Positions 21,480 to 36,100 of a DNA stretch of 64,000 bases are shown in pieces. The stretch is taken from assembly GCA_964016885.1 (NCBI GenBank), contig OZ024740.1:25792001-25856000 (forward strand), in the 5' to 3' direction. Under the pieces are notes generated by a model that saw nothing but the letters and a program-made list of their open reading frames with translations, did not search any database and was not told the DNA's origin. The translations under genes were made by a program, and so were the position numbers. Source of the stretch: Eledone cirrhosa (taxonomy: Eukaryota). Numbering within the stretch: the first letter of the stretch is position 1; each line of letters opens with the position of its first letter.

Positions 21480-24400
21480 ATACTCCTATTGTAGTTGTAG
21501 TTACTTCTATTGTAGTTGTAGATACTTCTATTGTAGTTGTAGTTATTTCTATTGTAGTTGTAGTTAATTCTCTTGTAGTTGTCGTTACTTCTATTGTAGT
21601 TGTAGTTACTTCTATTGTAGTTGTAGTTACTTCTATTGTAGTTGTAGTTACTTCTATTGTAGTTGTAGTTATTTCTATTGTAGGTGTAGTTACTTCTATC
21701 GTAGTTGTAGTTACTTCTATTGTAGGTGTAGTTACTTCTATTGTAGTTGTAGTTACTTCTATTGTAGTTGTAGTTATTTCTATTGTAGTTGTAGTTACTT
21801 CTATTGTAGTTGTAGTTCTTCTATTGTAGTTGTAGTTACTTATATTGTAGTTGTAGTTACTTCTATTGTAGTTGTAGTTACTTCTATTGTAGTTGTAGTT
21901 ACTTCTATTGTAGTTGTAGTTACTTCTATTGTATTTGTAGTTACTTCTATTGTAGTTGTAGTTACTTCTATTGTAGTTGTAGTTATTTCTATTGTAGTTG
22001 TAGTTACTTCTATTGTAGTTGTAGTTACTTCTATTGTAGTTGTAGTTACTTCTATTATAGTTGTAGTTACTTCTATTGTAGTTGTAGTTACTTCTATTGT
22101 AGTTGTAGTTAGTTCTATTGTAGTTGTGGTTACTTCTATTGTAGTTGTAGTTATTTCTATTGTAGATGTAGTTACTCGTATTGTAGTTGTAGTTACTTCT
22201 ATTGTAGTTGTAGTTACTTCTATTGTAGTTGTAGTTACTTCTATTGTAGTTGTAGTTATTTCTATCGTAGTTGTAGATACTCCTATTGTAGTTGTAGATA
22301 CTTCTATTGTAGATGTAGATACTTCTATTGTAGTTGTAGAAGCTTCTATTGTAGATGTTGTTACTCCTATTGTAGTTGTAGTTACTTCTATTGTAGTTGT
22401 AGTTACTTCTATTGTAGTTGTAGTTACTTCTATTGTAGTTGTAGTTACTTCTATTGTAGTTGTAGATACTCCTATTGTAGTTGTAGTTATTTCTATTGTA
22501 GTTGTAGTTACTTCTCTTGTAGTTATAGTTACTTCTATTGTAGTTGTAGTTATTTCTATTGTAGTGGTAGTTACTTCTCTTGTAGTTGTAGTTACTTCTA
22601 TTGTAGTTGTAGTTACTTCTATTGTAGTTGTAGTTACTTCTATTGTAGTTGTAGTTACTTCTATTGTAGTTGTAGTTACTTCTATTGTAGTTGTAGATAC
22701 TCCTATTGTAGTTGTAGTTATTCTATTGTAGTTGTAGTTACTTCTATTGTAGTTGTAGTTACTTCTATTGTAGTTGTAGATGCTTCTATTGTAGTTGTAG
22801 TTATTCTATTGTAGTTGTAGTTATTCTATTGTAGTTGTAGATTCTTCTATTGTAGTTGTAGTTACTTCTATTGTAGTTGTAGTTACTTCTATTGTAGATG
22901 TAGTTACTTCTATTGTAGTTGTAGTTACTTCTATTATAACTGTAGTTACTTATATTGTAGTTGTAGATGTAGTTACTTCTATTATAATTGTAGTTACTTC
23001 TATTGTAGTTGTAGTTACTTCTATTGTATTTGTAGCTGTAGTTACTTCTATTGTAGATGTAGTTACTTCTATTGTATTTGTAGCTGTAGTTACTTCTATT
23101 GTATTTGTAGATGTAGTTACTTCTATTGTATTTGTAGTTCTAGTTACTTCTATTTTTAGTTGTAGTTACTTCTATTGTAGTTGTAGTTACTTCTATTGTA
23201 GTTGTAGTTACTTCTATTGTAGTTGTACTTATTTCTATTGTAGTTGTAATTACTTCTGTTGTAGTTGTAGTTACTTCTATTGTAGTTGTAGATATTTCTA
23301 TTGTAGGTGTAGTTACATCTGTTGTAGTTGTAGTTACTTCTATTGTAGTTGTAGATATTTCTATTGTAGTTGTAGTTACTTCTATTGTAGTTGTAGTTAC
23401 TTCTATTGTAGTTGTAGTAACTTCTATTGTATTTGTAGCTGTAGTTACTTCTATTATAATTGTAGATACTTCTATTGTTGTTGTAGGTACTTCTATGGTA
23501 GCTGTAGATACCTCTATTGTAGTTGTAGATACTTCTATTGTAGTTGTAGTTACTGCTATTGTAGTTGTAGTTACTGCTATTGTAGTTGTAGATACTTCTA
23601 TTGTAGTTGTAGATACTTCTATTGTAGTTGTAGTTACTTCTATTGTAGTTGTAGTTACTTCTATTGTAGTTGTAGTTACTTCTATTGTAGTTGTAGATAC
23701 TCCTATTGTAGTTGTAGTTATTTCTATTGTAGTTGTAGTTACTTCTCTTGTAGTTATAGTTACTTCTATTGTAGTTGTAGTTATTTCTATTGTAGTTGTA
23801 GTTACTTCTCTTGTAGTTGTAGTTACTTCTATTGTAGTTGTAGTTACTTCTATTGTAGTTGTAGTTATTTCTATCGTAGTTGTAGTTACTTCTATTGTAG
23901 TTGTAGATACTTCTATTGTAGTTGTAGTTATTTCTATTGTAGTTGTAGTTAATTCTCTTGTAGTTGTCGTTACTTCTATTGTAGTTGTAGTTACTTCTAT
24001 TGTAGTTGTAGTTACTTCTATTGTAGTTGTAGTTACTTCTATTGTAGTTGTAGTTATTTCTATTGTAGGTGTAGTTACTTCTATCGTAGTTGTAGTTACT
24101 TCTATTGTAGGTGTAGTTAATTCTATTGTAGTTGTAGTTACTTCTATTGTAGTTGTAGTTATTTCTATTGTAGTTGTAGTTACTTCTATTGTAGTTGTAG
24201 TTATTTCTATTGTAGTTGTAGATACTTCTATTGTAGTTGTAGTTTCTTCTATTGTAGTTGTAGATACTTGTATTGTAGTTGTAGTTACTTCTATTGTAGT
24301 TGTAGTTACTTCTATTGTAGTTGTAATTACTTCTATTGTAGTTGTAGATACTTCTATTGTAGATGTAGATACTTCTATTGTAGTTGTAGAAGCTTCTATT

Positions 24401-27400
24401 GTAGATTTTGTTACTCCTATTGTAGTTGCAGTTACTTCTATTGTAGTTGTAGTTACTTCTCTTGTAGTTGTAGTTACTTCTATTGTAGTTGTAGTTACTT
24501 CTATTGTAGTTGTAGATACTTCTATTGTAGATGTAGATACTTCTATTGTAGTTGTAGTTACTTCTATTGTAGTTGTAGTTAGTTCTATTGTAGTTGTAGT
24601 TACTTCTATTGTAGTTGTAGTTACTTCTATTGTAGTTGTAGTTACTTCTATTGTAGTTGTAGTTACTTCTATTGTAGTTGTAGTTATTTCTATTGTAGTT
24701 GTAGATATTTCTATTGTAGTTGTAGAAACTTCTATTGTAGTTGTAGTTACTTCTATTGTAGTTGTAGTTACTTCTATTGTAGTTGTAGTTACTTCTATTG
24801 TAGTTGTAGTTACTTCTATTGTAGTTGTAGTTACTTCTATTGTAGTTGTAGTTACTTCTATTGTAGTTGTAGTTACTCCTATTGTAGTTGTAGTTACTCC
24901 TATTGTAGTTGTAGTTACTTCTATTGTAGTTGTAGTTACTTCTATTGTAGTTGTAGTTATTTCTATCGTAGTTGTAGATACTCCTATTGTAGTTGTAGAT
25001 ACTTCTATTGTAGTTGTAGAAGCTTCTATTGTAGATGTTGTTACTCCTATTGTAGTTGTAGTTACTTCTATTGTAGTTGTAGTTACTTCTCTTGTAGTTG
25101 TAGTTACTTCTATTGTAGTTGTAGTTACTTCTATTGTAGTTGTAGATACTTCTATTGTAGATGTAGATACTTCTATTGTAGTTGTAGTTACTTCTATTGT
25201 AGTTGTAGTTACTTCTATTGTAGTTGTAGTTACTTCTATTGTAGTTGTAGTTACTTCTATTGTAGTTGTAGTTACTTCTATTGTAGTTGTAGATACTCCT
25301 ATTGTAGTTGTAGTTACTTCTATTGTAGTTGTAGATACTTCTATTGTAGTTGTAGTTATTTCTATTGTAGTTGTAGTTACTTCTATTGTAGTTGTAGATA
25401 CTTCTATTGTAGTTGTAGTTATTTCTATTGTAGTTGTAGATACTTCTATTGTAGTTGTAGTTATTTCTATTGTAGTTGTAGTTACTTCTATTGTAGTTGT
25501 AGATACTTCTATTGTAGTTGTAGTTATTTCTATTGTAGTTGTAGATACTTCTATTGTAGATGTAGTTTCTTCTATTGTAGTTGTAGATATTGTATTGTAG
25601 TTGTAGTTACTTCTATTGTAGTTGTAGTTACTTCTATTGTAGTTGTAATTACTTCTATTGTAGTTGTAGATACTTCTATTGTAGTTGTAGATACTTCTAT
25701 TGTAGTTGTAGTTATTTCTATTGTAGTTGTAGATACTTCTATTGTAGTTGTAGATACTTCTATTGTAGTTGTAGTTATTTCTATTGTAGTTGTAGTTACT
25801 TCTATTGTAGTTGTAGATACTTCTATTGTAGTTGTAGTTATTTCTATTGTAGTTGTAGATACTTCTATTGTAGTTGTAGTTTCTTCTATTGTAGTTGTAG
25901 ATACTTGTATTGTAGTTGTAGTTACTTCTATTGTAGTTGTAGATACTCCTATTGTAGTTGTAGTTACTTCTATTGTAGTTGTAGATACTTCTATTGTAGT
26001 TGTAGTTATTTCTATTGTAGTTGTAGTTAATTCTCTTGTAGTTGTCGTTACTTCTATTGTAGTTGTAGTTACTTCTATTGTAGTTGTAGTTACTTCTATT
26101 GTAGTTGTAGTTACTTCTATTGTAGTTGTAGTTATTTCTATTGTAGGTGTAGTTACTTCTATCGTAGTTGTAGTTACTTCTATTGTAGGTGTAGTTACTT
26201 CTATTGTAGTTGTAGTTACTTCTATTGTAGTTGTAGTTATTTCTATTGTAGTTGTAGTTACTTCTATTGTAGTTGTAGTTCTTCTATTGTAGTTGTAGTT
26301 ACTTATATTGTAGTTGTAGTTACTTCTATTGTAGTTGTAGTTACTTCTATTGTAGTTGTAGTTACTTCTATTGTAGTTGTAGTTACTTCTATTGTATTTG
26401 TAGTTACTTCTATTGTAGTTGTAGTTACTTCTATTGTAGTTGTAGTTATTTCTATTGTAGTTGTAGTTACTTCTATTGTAGTTGTAGTTACTTCTATTGT
26501 AGTTGTAGTTACTTCTATTATAGTTGTAGTTACTTCTATTGTAGTTGTAGTTACTTCTATTGTAGTTGTAGTTAGTTCTATTGTAGTTGTGGTTACTTCT
26601 ATTGTAGTTGTAGTTATTTCTATTGTAGATGTAGTTACTCGTATTGTAGTTGTAGTTACTTCTATTGTAGTTGTAGTTACTTCTATTGTAGTTGTAGTTA
26701 CTTCTATTGTAGTTGTAGTTATTTCTATCGTAGTTGTAGATACTCCTATTGTAGTTGTAGATACTTCTATTGTAGATGTAGATACTTCTATTGTAGTTGT
26801 AGAAGCTTCTATTGTAGATGTTGTTACTCCTATTGTAGTTGTAGTTACTTCTATTGTAGTTGTAGTTACTTCTATTGTAGTTGTAGTTACTTCTATTGTA
26901 GTTGTAGTTACTTCTATTGTAGTTGTAGATACTCCTATTGTAGTTGTAGTTATTTCTATTGTAGTTGTAGTTACTTCTCTTGTAGTTATAGTTACTTCTA
27001 TTGTAGTTGTAGTTATTTCTATTGTAGTTGTAGTTACTTCTCTTGTAGTTGTAGTTACTTCTATTGTAGTTGTAGTTACTTCTATTGTAGTTGTAGTTAC
27101 TTCTATTGTAGTTGTAGTTACTTCTATTGTAGTTGTAGTTACTTCTATTGTAGTTGTAGATACTCCTATTGTAGTTGTAGTTATTCTATTGTAGTTGTAG
27201 TTACTTCTATTGTAGTTGTAGTTACTTCTATTGTAGTTGTAGATGCTTCTATTGTAGTTGTAGTTATTCTATTGTAGTTGTAGTTATTCTATTGTAGTTG
27301 TAGATTCTTCTATTGTAGTTGTAGTTACTGCTATTGTAGTTGTAGTTACTTCTATTGTAGATGTAGTTACTTCTATTGTAGTTGTAGTTACTTCTATTAT

Positions 27401-30100
27401 AACTGTAGTTACTTATATTGTAGTTGTAGATGTAGTTACTTCTATTATAATTGTAGTTACTTCTATTGTAGTTGTAGTTACTTCTATTGTATTTGTAGCT
27501 GTAGTTACTTCTATTGTATTTGTAGCTGTAGTTACTTCTATTGTATTTGTAGATGTAGTTACTTCTATTGTATTTGTAGTTCTAGTTACTTCTATTTTTA
27601 GTTGTAGTTACTTCTATTGTAGTTGTAGTTACTTCTATTGTAGTTGTAGTTACTTCTATTGTAGTTGTACTTATTTCTATTGTAGTTGTAATTACTTCTG
27701 TTGTAGTTGTAGTTACTTCTATTGTAGTTGTAGATATTTCTATTGTAGGTGTAGTTACTTCTGTTGTAGTTGTAGTTACTTCTATTGTAGTTGTAGATAT
27801 TTCTATTGTAGTTGTAGTTACTTCTATTGTAGTTGTAGTTACTTCTATTGTAGTTGTAGTAACTTCTATTGTATTTGTAGCTGTAGTTACTTCTATTATA
27901 ATTGTAGATACTTCTATTGTTGTTGTAGGTACTTCTATGGTAGCTGTAGATACCTCTATTGTAGTTGTAGATACTTCTATTGTAGTTGTAGTTACTGCTA
28001 TTGTAGTTGTAGTTACTGCTATTGTAGTTGTAGATACTTCTATTGTAGTTGTAGATACTTCTATTGTAGTTGTAGTTACTTCTATTGTAGTTGTAATTAC
28101 TTCTATTGTAGTTGTAGTTACTTCTATTGTAGTTGTAGATACTCCTATTGTAGTTGTAGTTATTTCTATTGTAGTTGTAGTTACTTCTCTTGTAGTTATA
28201 GTTACTTCTATTGTAGTTGTAGTTATTTCTATTGTAGTTGTAGTTACTTCTCTTGTAGTTGTAGTTACTTCTATTGTAGTTGTAGTTACTTCTATTGTAG
28301 TTGTAGTTATTTCTATCGTAGTTGTAGTTACTTCTATTGTAGTTGTAGATACTTCTATTGTAGTTGTAGTTATTTCTATTGTAGTTGTAGTTAATTCTCT
28401 TGTAGTTGTCGTTACTTCTATTGTAGTTGTAGTTACTTCTATTGTAGTTGTAGTTACTTCTATTGTAGTTGTAGTTACTTCTATTGTAGTTGTAGTTATT
28501 TCTATTGTAGGTGTAGTTACTTCTATCGTAGTTGTAGTTACTTCTATTGTAGGTGTAGTTAATTCTATTGTAGTTGTAGTTACTTCTATTGTAGTTGTAG
28601 TTATTTCTATTGTAGTTGTAGTTACTTCTATTGTAGTTGTAGTTATTTCTATTGTAGTTGTAGATACTTCTATTGTAGTTGTAGTTTCTTCTATTGTAGT
28701 TGTAGATACTTGTATTGTAGTTGTAGTTACTTCTATTGTAGTTGTAGTTACTTCTATTGTAGTTGTAATTACTTCTATTGTAGTTGTAGATACTTCTATT
28801 GTAGATGTAGATACTTCTATTGTAGTTGTAGAAGCTTCTATTGTAGATTTTGTTACTCCTATTGTAGTTGCAGTTACTTCTATTGTAGTTGTAGTTACTT
28901 CTCTTGTAGTTGTAGTTACTTCTATTGTAGTTGTAGTTACTTCTATTGTAGTTGTAGATACTTCTATTGTAGATGTAGATACTTCTATTGTAGTTGTAGT
29001 TACTTCTATTGTAGTTGTAGTTAGTTCTATTGTAGTTGTAGTTACTTCTATTGTAGTTGTAGTTACTTCTATTGTAGTTGTAGTTACTTCTATTGTAGTT
29101 GTAGTTACTTCTATTGTAGTTGTAGTTATTTCTATTGTAGTTGTAGATATTTCTATTGTAGTTGTAGAAACTTCTATTGTAGTTGTAGTTACTTCTATTG
29201 TAGTTGTAGTTACTTCTATTGTAGTTGTAGTTACTTCTATTGTAGTTGTAGTTACTTCTATTGTAGTTGTAGTTACTTCTATTGTAGTTGTAGTTACTTC
29301 TATTGTAGTTGTAGTTACTCCTATTGTAGTTGTAGTTACTCCTATTGTAGTTGTAGTTACTTCTATTGTAGTTGTAGTTACTTCTATTGTAGTTGTAGTT
29401 ATTTCTATCGTAGTTGTAGATACTCCTATTGTAGTTGTAGATACTTCTATTGTAGTTGTAGAAGCTTCTATTGTAGATGTTGTTACTCCTATTGTAGTTG
29501 TAGTTACTTCTATTGTAGTTGTAGTTACTTCTCTTGTAGTTGTAGTTACTTCTATTGTAGTTGTAGTTACTTCTATTGTAGTTGTAGATACTTCTATTGT
29601 AGATGTAGATACTTCTATTGTAGTTGTAGTTACTTCTATTGTAGTTGTAGTTACTTCTATTGTAGTTGTAGTTACTTCTATTGTAGTTGTAGTTACTTCT
29701 ATTGTAGTTGTAGTTACTTCTATTGTAGTTGTAGATACTCCTATTGTAGTTGTAGTTACTTCTATTGTAGTTGTAGATACTTCTATTGTAGTTGTAGTTA
29801 TTTCTATTGTAGTTGTAGTTACTTCTATTGTAGTTGTAGATACTTCTATTGTAGTTGTAGTTATTTCTATTGTAGTTGTAGATACTTCTATTGTAGTTGT
29901 AGTTATTTCTATTGTAGTTGTAGTTACTTCTATTGTAGTTGTAGATACTTCTATTGTAGTTGTAGTTATTTCTATTGTAGTTGTAGATACTTCTATTGTA
30001 GTTGTAGTTTCTTCTATTGTAGTTGTAGATACTTGTATTGTAGTTGTAGTTACTTCTATTGTAGTTGTAGTTACTTCTATTGTAGTTGTAATTACTTCTA
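21480..30100. repeat. ~4.45-kb higher-order tandem duplication within the satellite (boundaries approximate)
   Basis: The ORF-track entries at 22126 and 26589 are identical (offset 4,463). Those at 23495 and 27937 are near-identical over ~700 codons (offset 4,442, one monomer less). Confidence 0.85.
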
Positions 30101-33100
30101 TTGTAGTTGTAGATACTTCTATTGTAGATGTAGATACTTCTATTGTAGTTGTAGAAGCTTCTATTGTAGATGTTGTTACTCCTATTGTAGTTGTAGTTAC
30201 TTCTATTGTAGTTGTAGTTACTTCTCTTGTAGTTGTAGTTACTTCTATTGTAGTTGTAGATACTTCTATTGTAGTTGTAGATACTTCTATTGTAGTTGTA
30301 GTTATTTCTATTGTAGTTGTAGTTACTTCTATTTTAGTTGTAGATACTTCTATTGTAGTTGTAGTTATTTCTATTGTAGTTGTAGATACTTCTATTGTAG
30401 TTGTAGTTACTTCTATTGTAGTTGTAGTTACTTCTATTGTAGTTGTAGTTATTTCTATTGTAGTTGTAGATACTCCTATCGTAGTTGTAGTTACTTCTAT
30501 TGTAGTTGTAGTTACTTCTATTGTAGTTGTAGTTATTTCTATTGTAGTTGTAGTTACTTCTATTGTAGTTGTAGTTACTTCTATTGTATTTGTAGTTACT
30601 TCTATTGTAGTTGTAGTTACTTCTATTGTAGTTGTAGTTATTTCTATTGTAGTTGTAGTTACTTCTATTGTAGTTGTAGTTACTTCTATTGTAGTTGTAG
30701 TTACTTCTATTGTAGTTGTAGTTACTTCTATTGTAGTTGTAGTTACCTCTATTGTAGCTGTATTTAGTTCTATTGTAGTTGTAGTTACTTCTATTGTAGT
30801 TGTAGTTACTTCTATTGTAGTTGTAATTACTTCTATTGTAGTTGTAGATACTTCTATTGTAGATGTAGATACTTCTATTGTAGTTGTAGTTCTTCTATTG
30901 TAGTTGTAGTTACTCCTATTGTAGTTGTAGTTACTTCTATTGTAGTTGTAGATACTCCTATTGTAGTTGTAGTTACTTCTCTTGTAGTTGTAGTTACTTC
31001 TATTGTAGTTGTAGTTACTTCTATTGTAGTTGTAGTTACTTCTATTGTAGTTGTAGTTACTTCTATTGTAGTTGTAGTTACTTCTATTGTAGATGTTGTT
31101 ACTCCTATTGTAGTTGTAGTTACTTCCATTGTAGTTGTAGTTACTTCTCTTGTAGTTGTAGTTACTTCTATTGTAGTTGTAGTTACTTCTATTGTAGTTG
31201 TAGTTACTTCTATTGTAGTTGTAGTTATTTCTATTGTAGTTGTAGATACTCCTATTGTAGTTGTAGTTACTTCTATTGTAGTTGTAGTTACTTCTATTGT
31301 AGTTGTAGATACTCCTATTGTAGTTGTAGTTACTTCTATTGTAGTTGTAGTTACTTCTCTTGTAGTTGTAGTTACTTCTATTGTAGTTGTAGTTATTTCT
31401 ATTGTAGTTGTAGTTACTTCTATTGTAGTTGTAGTTACTTCTATTGTAGTTGTAGTTACTTCTATTGTAGTTGTAGTTACTTCTATTGTAGTTGTAGTTA
31501 TTTCTATTGTAGTTGTAGTTACTTCTATTGTAGTTGTAGTTACTTCTATTGTAGTTGTAGTTACTTCTATTGTAGTTGTAGTTACTTCTATTGTAGTTGT
31601 AGTTACTTCTATTGTAGTTGTAGTTATTTCTATTGTAGTTGTAGTTACTTCTATTGTAGTTGTAGTTACTTCTATTGTAGTTGTAGTTACTTCTATTGTA
31701 GTTGTAGTTATTTCTATTGTAGTTGTAGTTACTTCTATTGTAGTTGTAGTTACTTCTATTGTAGTTGTAGTTACTTCTATTGTAGTTGTAGTTATTTCTA
31801 TTGTAGTTGTAGTTACTTCTATTGTAGTTGTAGTTACTTCTATTGTAGTTGTAGTTATTTCTATTGTAGTTGTAGTTACTTCTATTGTAGTTGTAGTTAC
31901 TTCTATTGTAGTTGTAGTTATTTCTATTGTAGTTGTAGTTACTTCTATTGTAGTTGTAGTTACCTCTCTTGTAGTTGTAGTTACTTCTATTGTAGTTGTA
32001 GTTACTTCTATTGTAGTTGTAGTTATTTCTACTGTAGTTGTAGTTACTTCTATTGTAGTTGTAATTACTTCTATTGTAGTTGTAGTTACTTCTATTGTAG
32101 TTGTAGATACTTCTATTGTAGTTGTATATACTTGTATTGTAGTTGTAGTTACTTCTATTGTAGTTGTAGTTACTTCTATTGTAGTTGTATATACTTGTAT
32201 TGTAGTTGTAGTTACTTCTATTGTAGTTGTAGTTACTTCTATTGTAGTTGTAGTTACTTCTATTGTAGTTGTAGATACTCCTATTGTAGTTGTAGTTACT
32301 TCTATTGTAGTTGTAGATACTTCTATTGTAGTTGTAGATACTTCTATTGTAGTTGTAGTTATTTCTATTGTAGTTGTAGTTACTTCTATTGTAGTTGTAG
32401 ATACTTCTATTGTAGTTGTAGTTACTTCTATTGTAGTTGTAGTTACTTCTATTGTAGTTGTAGTTATTTCTATTGTAGTTGTAGATACTCCTATTGTAGT
32501 TGTAGTTACTTCTATTGTAGTTGTAGTTACTTCTATTGTAGTTGTAGTTATTTCTATTGTAGTTGTAGTTAGTTCTATTGTAGTTGTAGTTACTTCTATT
32601 GTAGTTGTAGTTACTTCTATTGTAGTTGTAATTACTTCTATTGTAGTTGTAGATACTTCTATTGTAGATGTAGATACTTCTATTGTAGTTGTAGAAGCTT
32701 CTATTGTAGATGTTGTTACTCCTATTGTAGTTGTAGTTACTTCTATTGTAGTTGTAGTTACTTCTCTTGTAGTTGTAGTTACTTCTATTGTAGTTGTAGT
32801 TACTTCTATTGTAGTTGTAGATACTTCTATTGTAGATGTAGATACTTCTATTATAGTTGTAGTTACTTCTATTGTAGTTGTAGTTAGTTCTATTGTAGTT
32901 GTAGTTACTTCTATTGTAGTTGTAGTTACTTCTATTGTAGTTGTAGTTACTTCTATTGTAGTTGTAGTTACTTATATTGTAGTTGTAGTTATTTCTATTG
33001 TCGTTGTAGTTACTTCTATTGTAGTTGTAGTTACTTCTATTGTAGTTGTAGTTACTTCTATTGTAGTTGTAGATACTCCTATTGTAGTTGTAGTTACTTC

Positions 33101-36100
33101 TATTGTAGTTGTAGTTACTTCTATTGTAGTTGTAGTTACTTCTATTGTAGTTGTAGTTATTACTATTGTAGTTGTAGATACTCCTATTGTAGTTGTAGAT
33201 ACTTCTATTGTAGATGTAGATACTTCTATTGTAGTTGTAGAAGCTTCTATTGTAGATGTTGTTACTCCTATTGTAGTTGTAGTCACTTCTATTGTAGTTG
33301 TAGTTACTTCTATTGTAGTTGTAGTTACTTCTATTGTAGTTGTAGTTACTTCTATTGTAGTTGTAGATACTCCTATTGTAGTTGTAGTTACTTCTATTGT
33401 AGTTGTAGATACTTCTATTGTAGTTGTAGTTATTTCTATTGTAGTTGTAGTTAATTCTCTTGTAGTTGTCGTTACTTCTATTGTAGTTGTAGTTACTTCT
33501 ATTGTAGTTGTAGTTACTTCTATTGTAGTGGTAGTTACTTCTATTGTAGTTGTAGTTATTTCTATTGTAGGTGTAGTTACTTCTATCGTAGTTGTAGTTA
33601 CTTCTATTGTAGGTGTAGTTACTTCTATTGTAGTTGTAGTTACTTCTATTGTAGTTGTAGTTATTTCTATTGTAGTTGTAGTTACTTCTATTGTAGTTGT
33701 AGTTCTTCTATTGTAGTTGTAGTTACTTATATTGTAGTTGTAGTTACTTCTATTGTAGTTGTAGTTACTTCTATTGTAGTTGTAGTTACTTCTATTGTAG
33801 TTGTAGTTATTTCTATTGTAGTTGTAGTTACTTCTATTGTAGTTGTAGTTACTTCTATTGTATTTGTAGTTACTTCTATTGTAGTTGTAGTTACTTCTAT
33901 TGTAGTTGTAGTTATTTCTATTGTAGTTGTAGTTACTTCTATTGTAGTTGTAGTTACTTCTATTGTAGTTGTAGTTACTTCTATTATAGTTGTAGTTACT
34001 TCTATTGTAGTTGTAGTTACTTCTATTGTAGTTGTAGTTAGTTCTATTGTAGTTGTAGTTACTTCTATTGTAGTTGTAGTTATTTCTATTGTAGATGTAG
34101 TTACTCGTATTGTAGTTGTAGTTACTTCTATTGTAGTTGTAGTTACTTCTATTATAGTTGTAGTTACTTCTATTGTAGTTGTAGTTATTTCTATCGTAGT
34201 TGTAGATACTCCTATTGTAGTTGTAGATACTTCTATTGTAGATGTAGATACTTCTATTGTAGTTGTAGAAGCTTCTATTGTAGATGTTGTTACTCCTATT
34301 GTAGTTGTAGTTACTTCTATTGTAGTTGTAGTTACTTCTATTGTAGTTGTAGTTACTTCTATTGTAGTTGTAGTTACTTCTATTGTAGTTGTAGATAATC
34401 CTATTGTAGTTGTAGTTATTTCTATTGTAGTTGTAGTTACTTCTCTTGTAGTTATAGTTACTTCTATTGTAGTTGTAGTTATTTCTATTGTAGTTGTAGT
34501 TACTTCTCTTGTAGTTGTAGTTACTTCTATTGTAGTTGTAGTTACTTCTATTGTAGTTGTAGTTACTTCTATTGTAGTTGTAGTTACTTCTATTGTAGTT
34601 GTAGTTACTTCTATTGTAGTTGTAGATACTCCTATTGTAGTTGTAGTTATTCTATTGTAGTTGTAGTTACTTCTATTGTAGTTGTAGTTACTTCTATTGT
34701 AGTTGTAGATGCTTCTATTGTAGTTGTAGTTATTCTATTGTAGTTGTAGTTATTCTATTGTAGTTGTAGATTCTTCTATTGTAGTTGTAGTTACTTCTAT
34801 TGTAGTTGTAGTTACTTCTATTGTAGATGTAGTTACTTCTATTGTAGTTGTAGTTACTTCTATTATAACTGTAGTTACTTATATTGTAGTTGTAGATGTA
34901 GTTACTTCTATTATAATTGTAGTTACTTCTATTGTAGTTGTAGTTACTTCTATTGTATTTGTAGCTGTAGTTACTTCTATTGTAGATGTAGTTACTTCTA
35001 TTGTATTTGTAGCTGTAGTTACTTCTATTGTATTTGTAGATGTAGTTACTTCTATTGTATTTGTAGTTCTAGTTACTTCTATTTTTAGTTGTAGTTACTT
35101 CTATTGTAGTTGTAGTTACTTCTATTGTAGTTGTAGTTACTTCTATTGTAGTTGTACTTATTTCTATTGTAGTTGTAATTACTTCTGTTGTAGTTGTAGT
35201 TACTTCTATTGTAGTTGTAGATATTTCTATTGTAGGTGTAGTTACTTCTGTTGTAGTTGTAGTTACTTCTATTGTAGTTGTAGATATTTCTATTGTAGTT
35301 GTAGTTACTTCTATTGTAGTTGTAGTTACTTCTATTGTAGTTGTAGTAACTTCTATTGTATTTGTAGCTGTAGTTACTTCTATTATAATTGTAGATACTT
35401 CTATTGTTGTTGTAGGTACTTCTATGGTAGCTGTAGATACCTCTATTGTAGTTGTAGATACTTCTATTGTAGTTGTAGTTACTGCTATTTTAGTTGTAGT
35501 TACTGCTATTGTAGTTGTAGATACTTCTATTGTAGTTGTAGATACTTCTATTGTAGTTGTAGTTACTTCTATTGTAGTTGTAGTTACTTCTATTGTAGTT
35601 GTAGTTACTTCTATTGTAGTTGTAGATACTCCTATTGTAGTTGTAGTTATTTCTATTGTAGTTGTAGTTACTTCTCTTGTAGTTATAGTTACTTCTATTG
35701 TAGTTGTAGTTATTTCTATTGTAGTTGTAGTTACTTCTCTTGTAGTTGTAGTTACTTCTATTGTAGTTGTAGTCACTTCTATTGTAGTTGTAGTTATTTC
35801 TATCGTAGTTGTAGTTACTTCTATTGTAGTTGTAGATACTTCTATTGTAGTTGTAGTTATTTCTATTGTAGTTGTAGTTAATTCTCTTGTAGTTGTCGTT
35901 ACTTCTATTGTAGTTGTAGTTACTTCTATTGTAGTTGTAGTTACTTCTATTGTAGTTGTAGTTACTTCTATTGTAGTTGTAGTTATTTCTATTGTAGGTG
36001 TAGTTACTTCTATCGTAGTTGTAGTTACTTCTATTGTAGGTGTAGTTAATTCTATTGTAGTTGTAGTTACTTCTATTGTAGTTGTAGTTATTTCTATTGT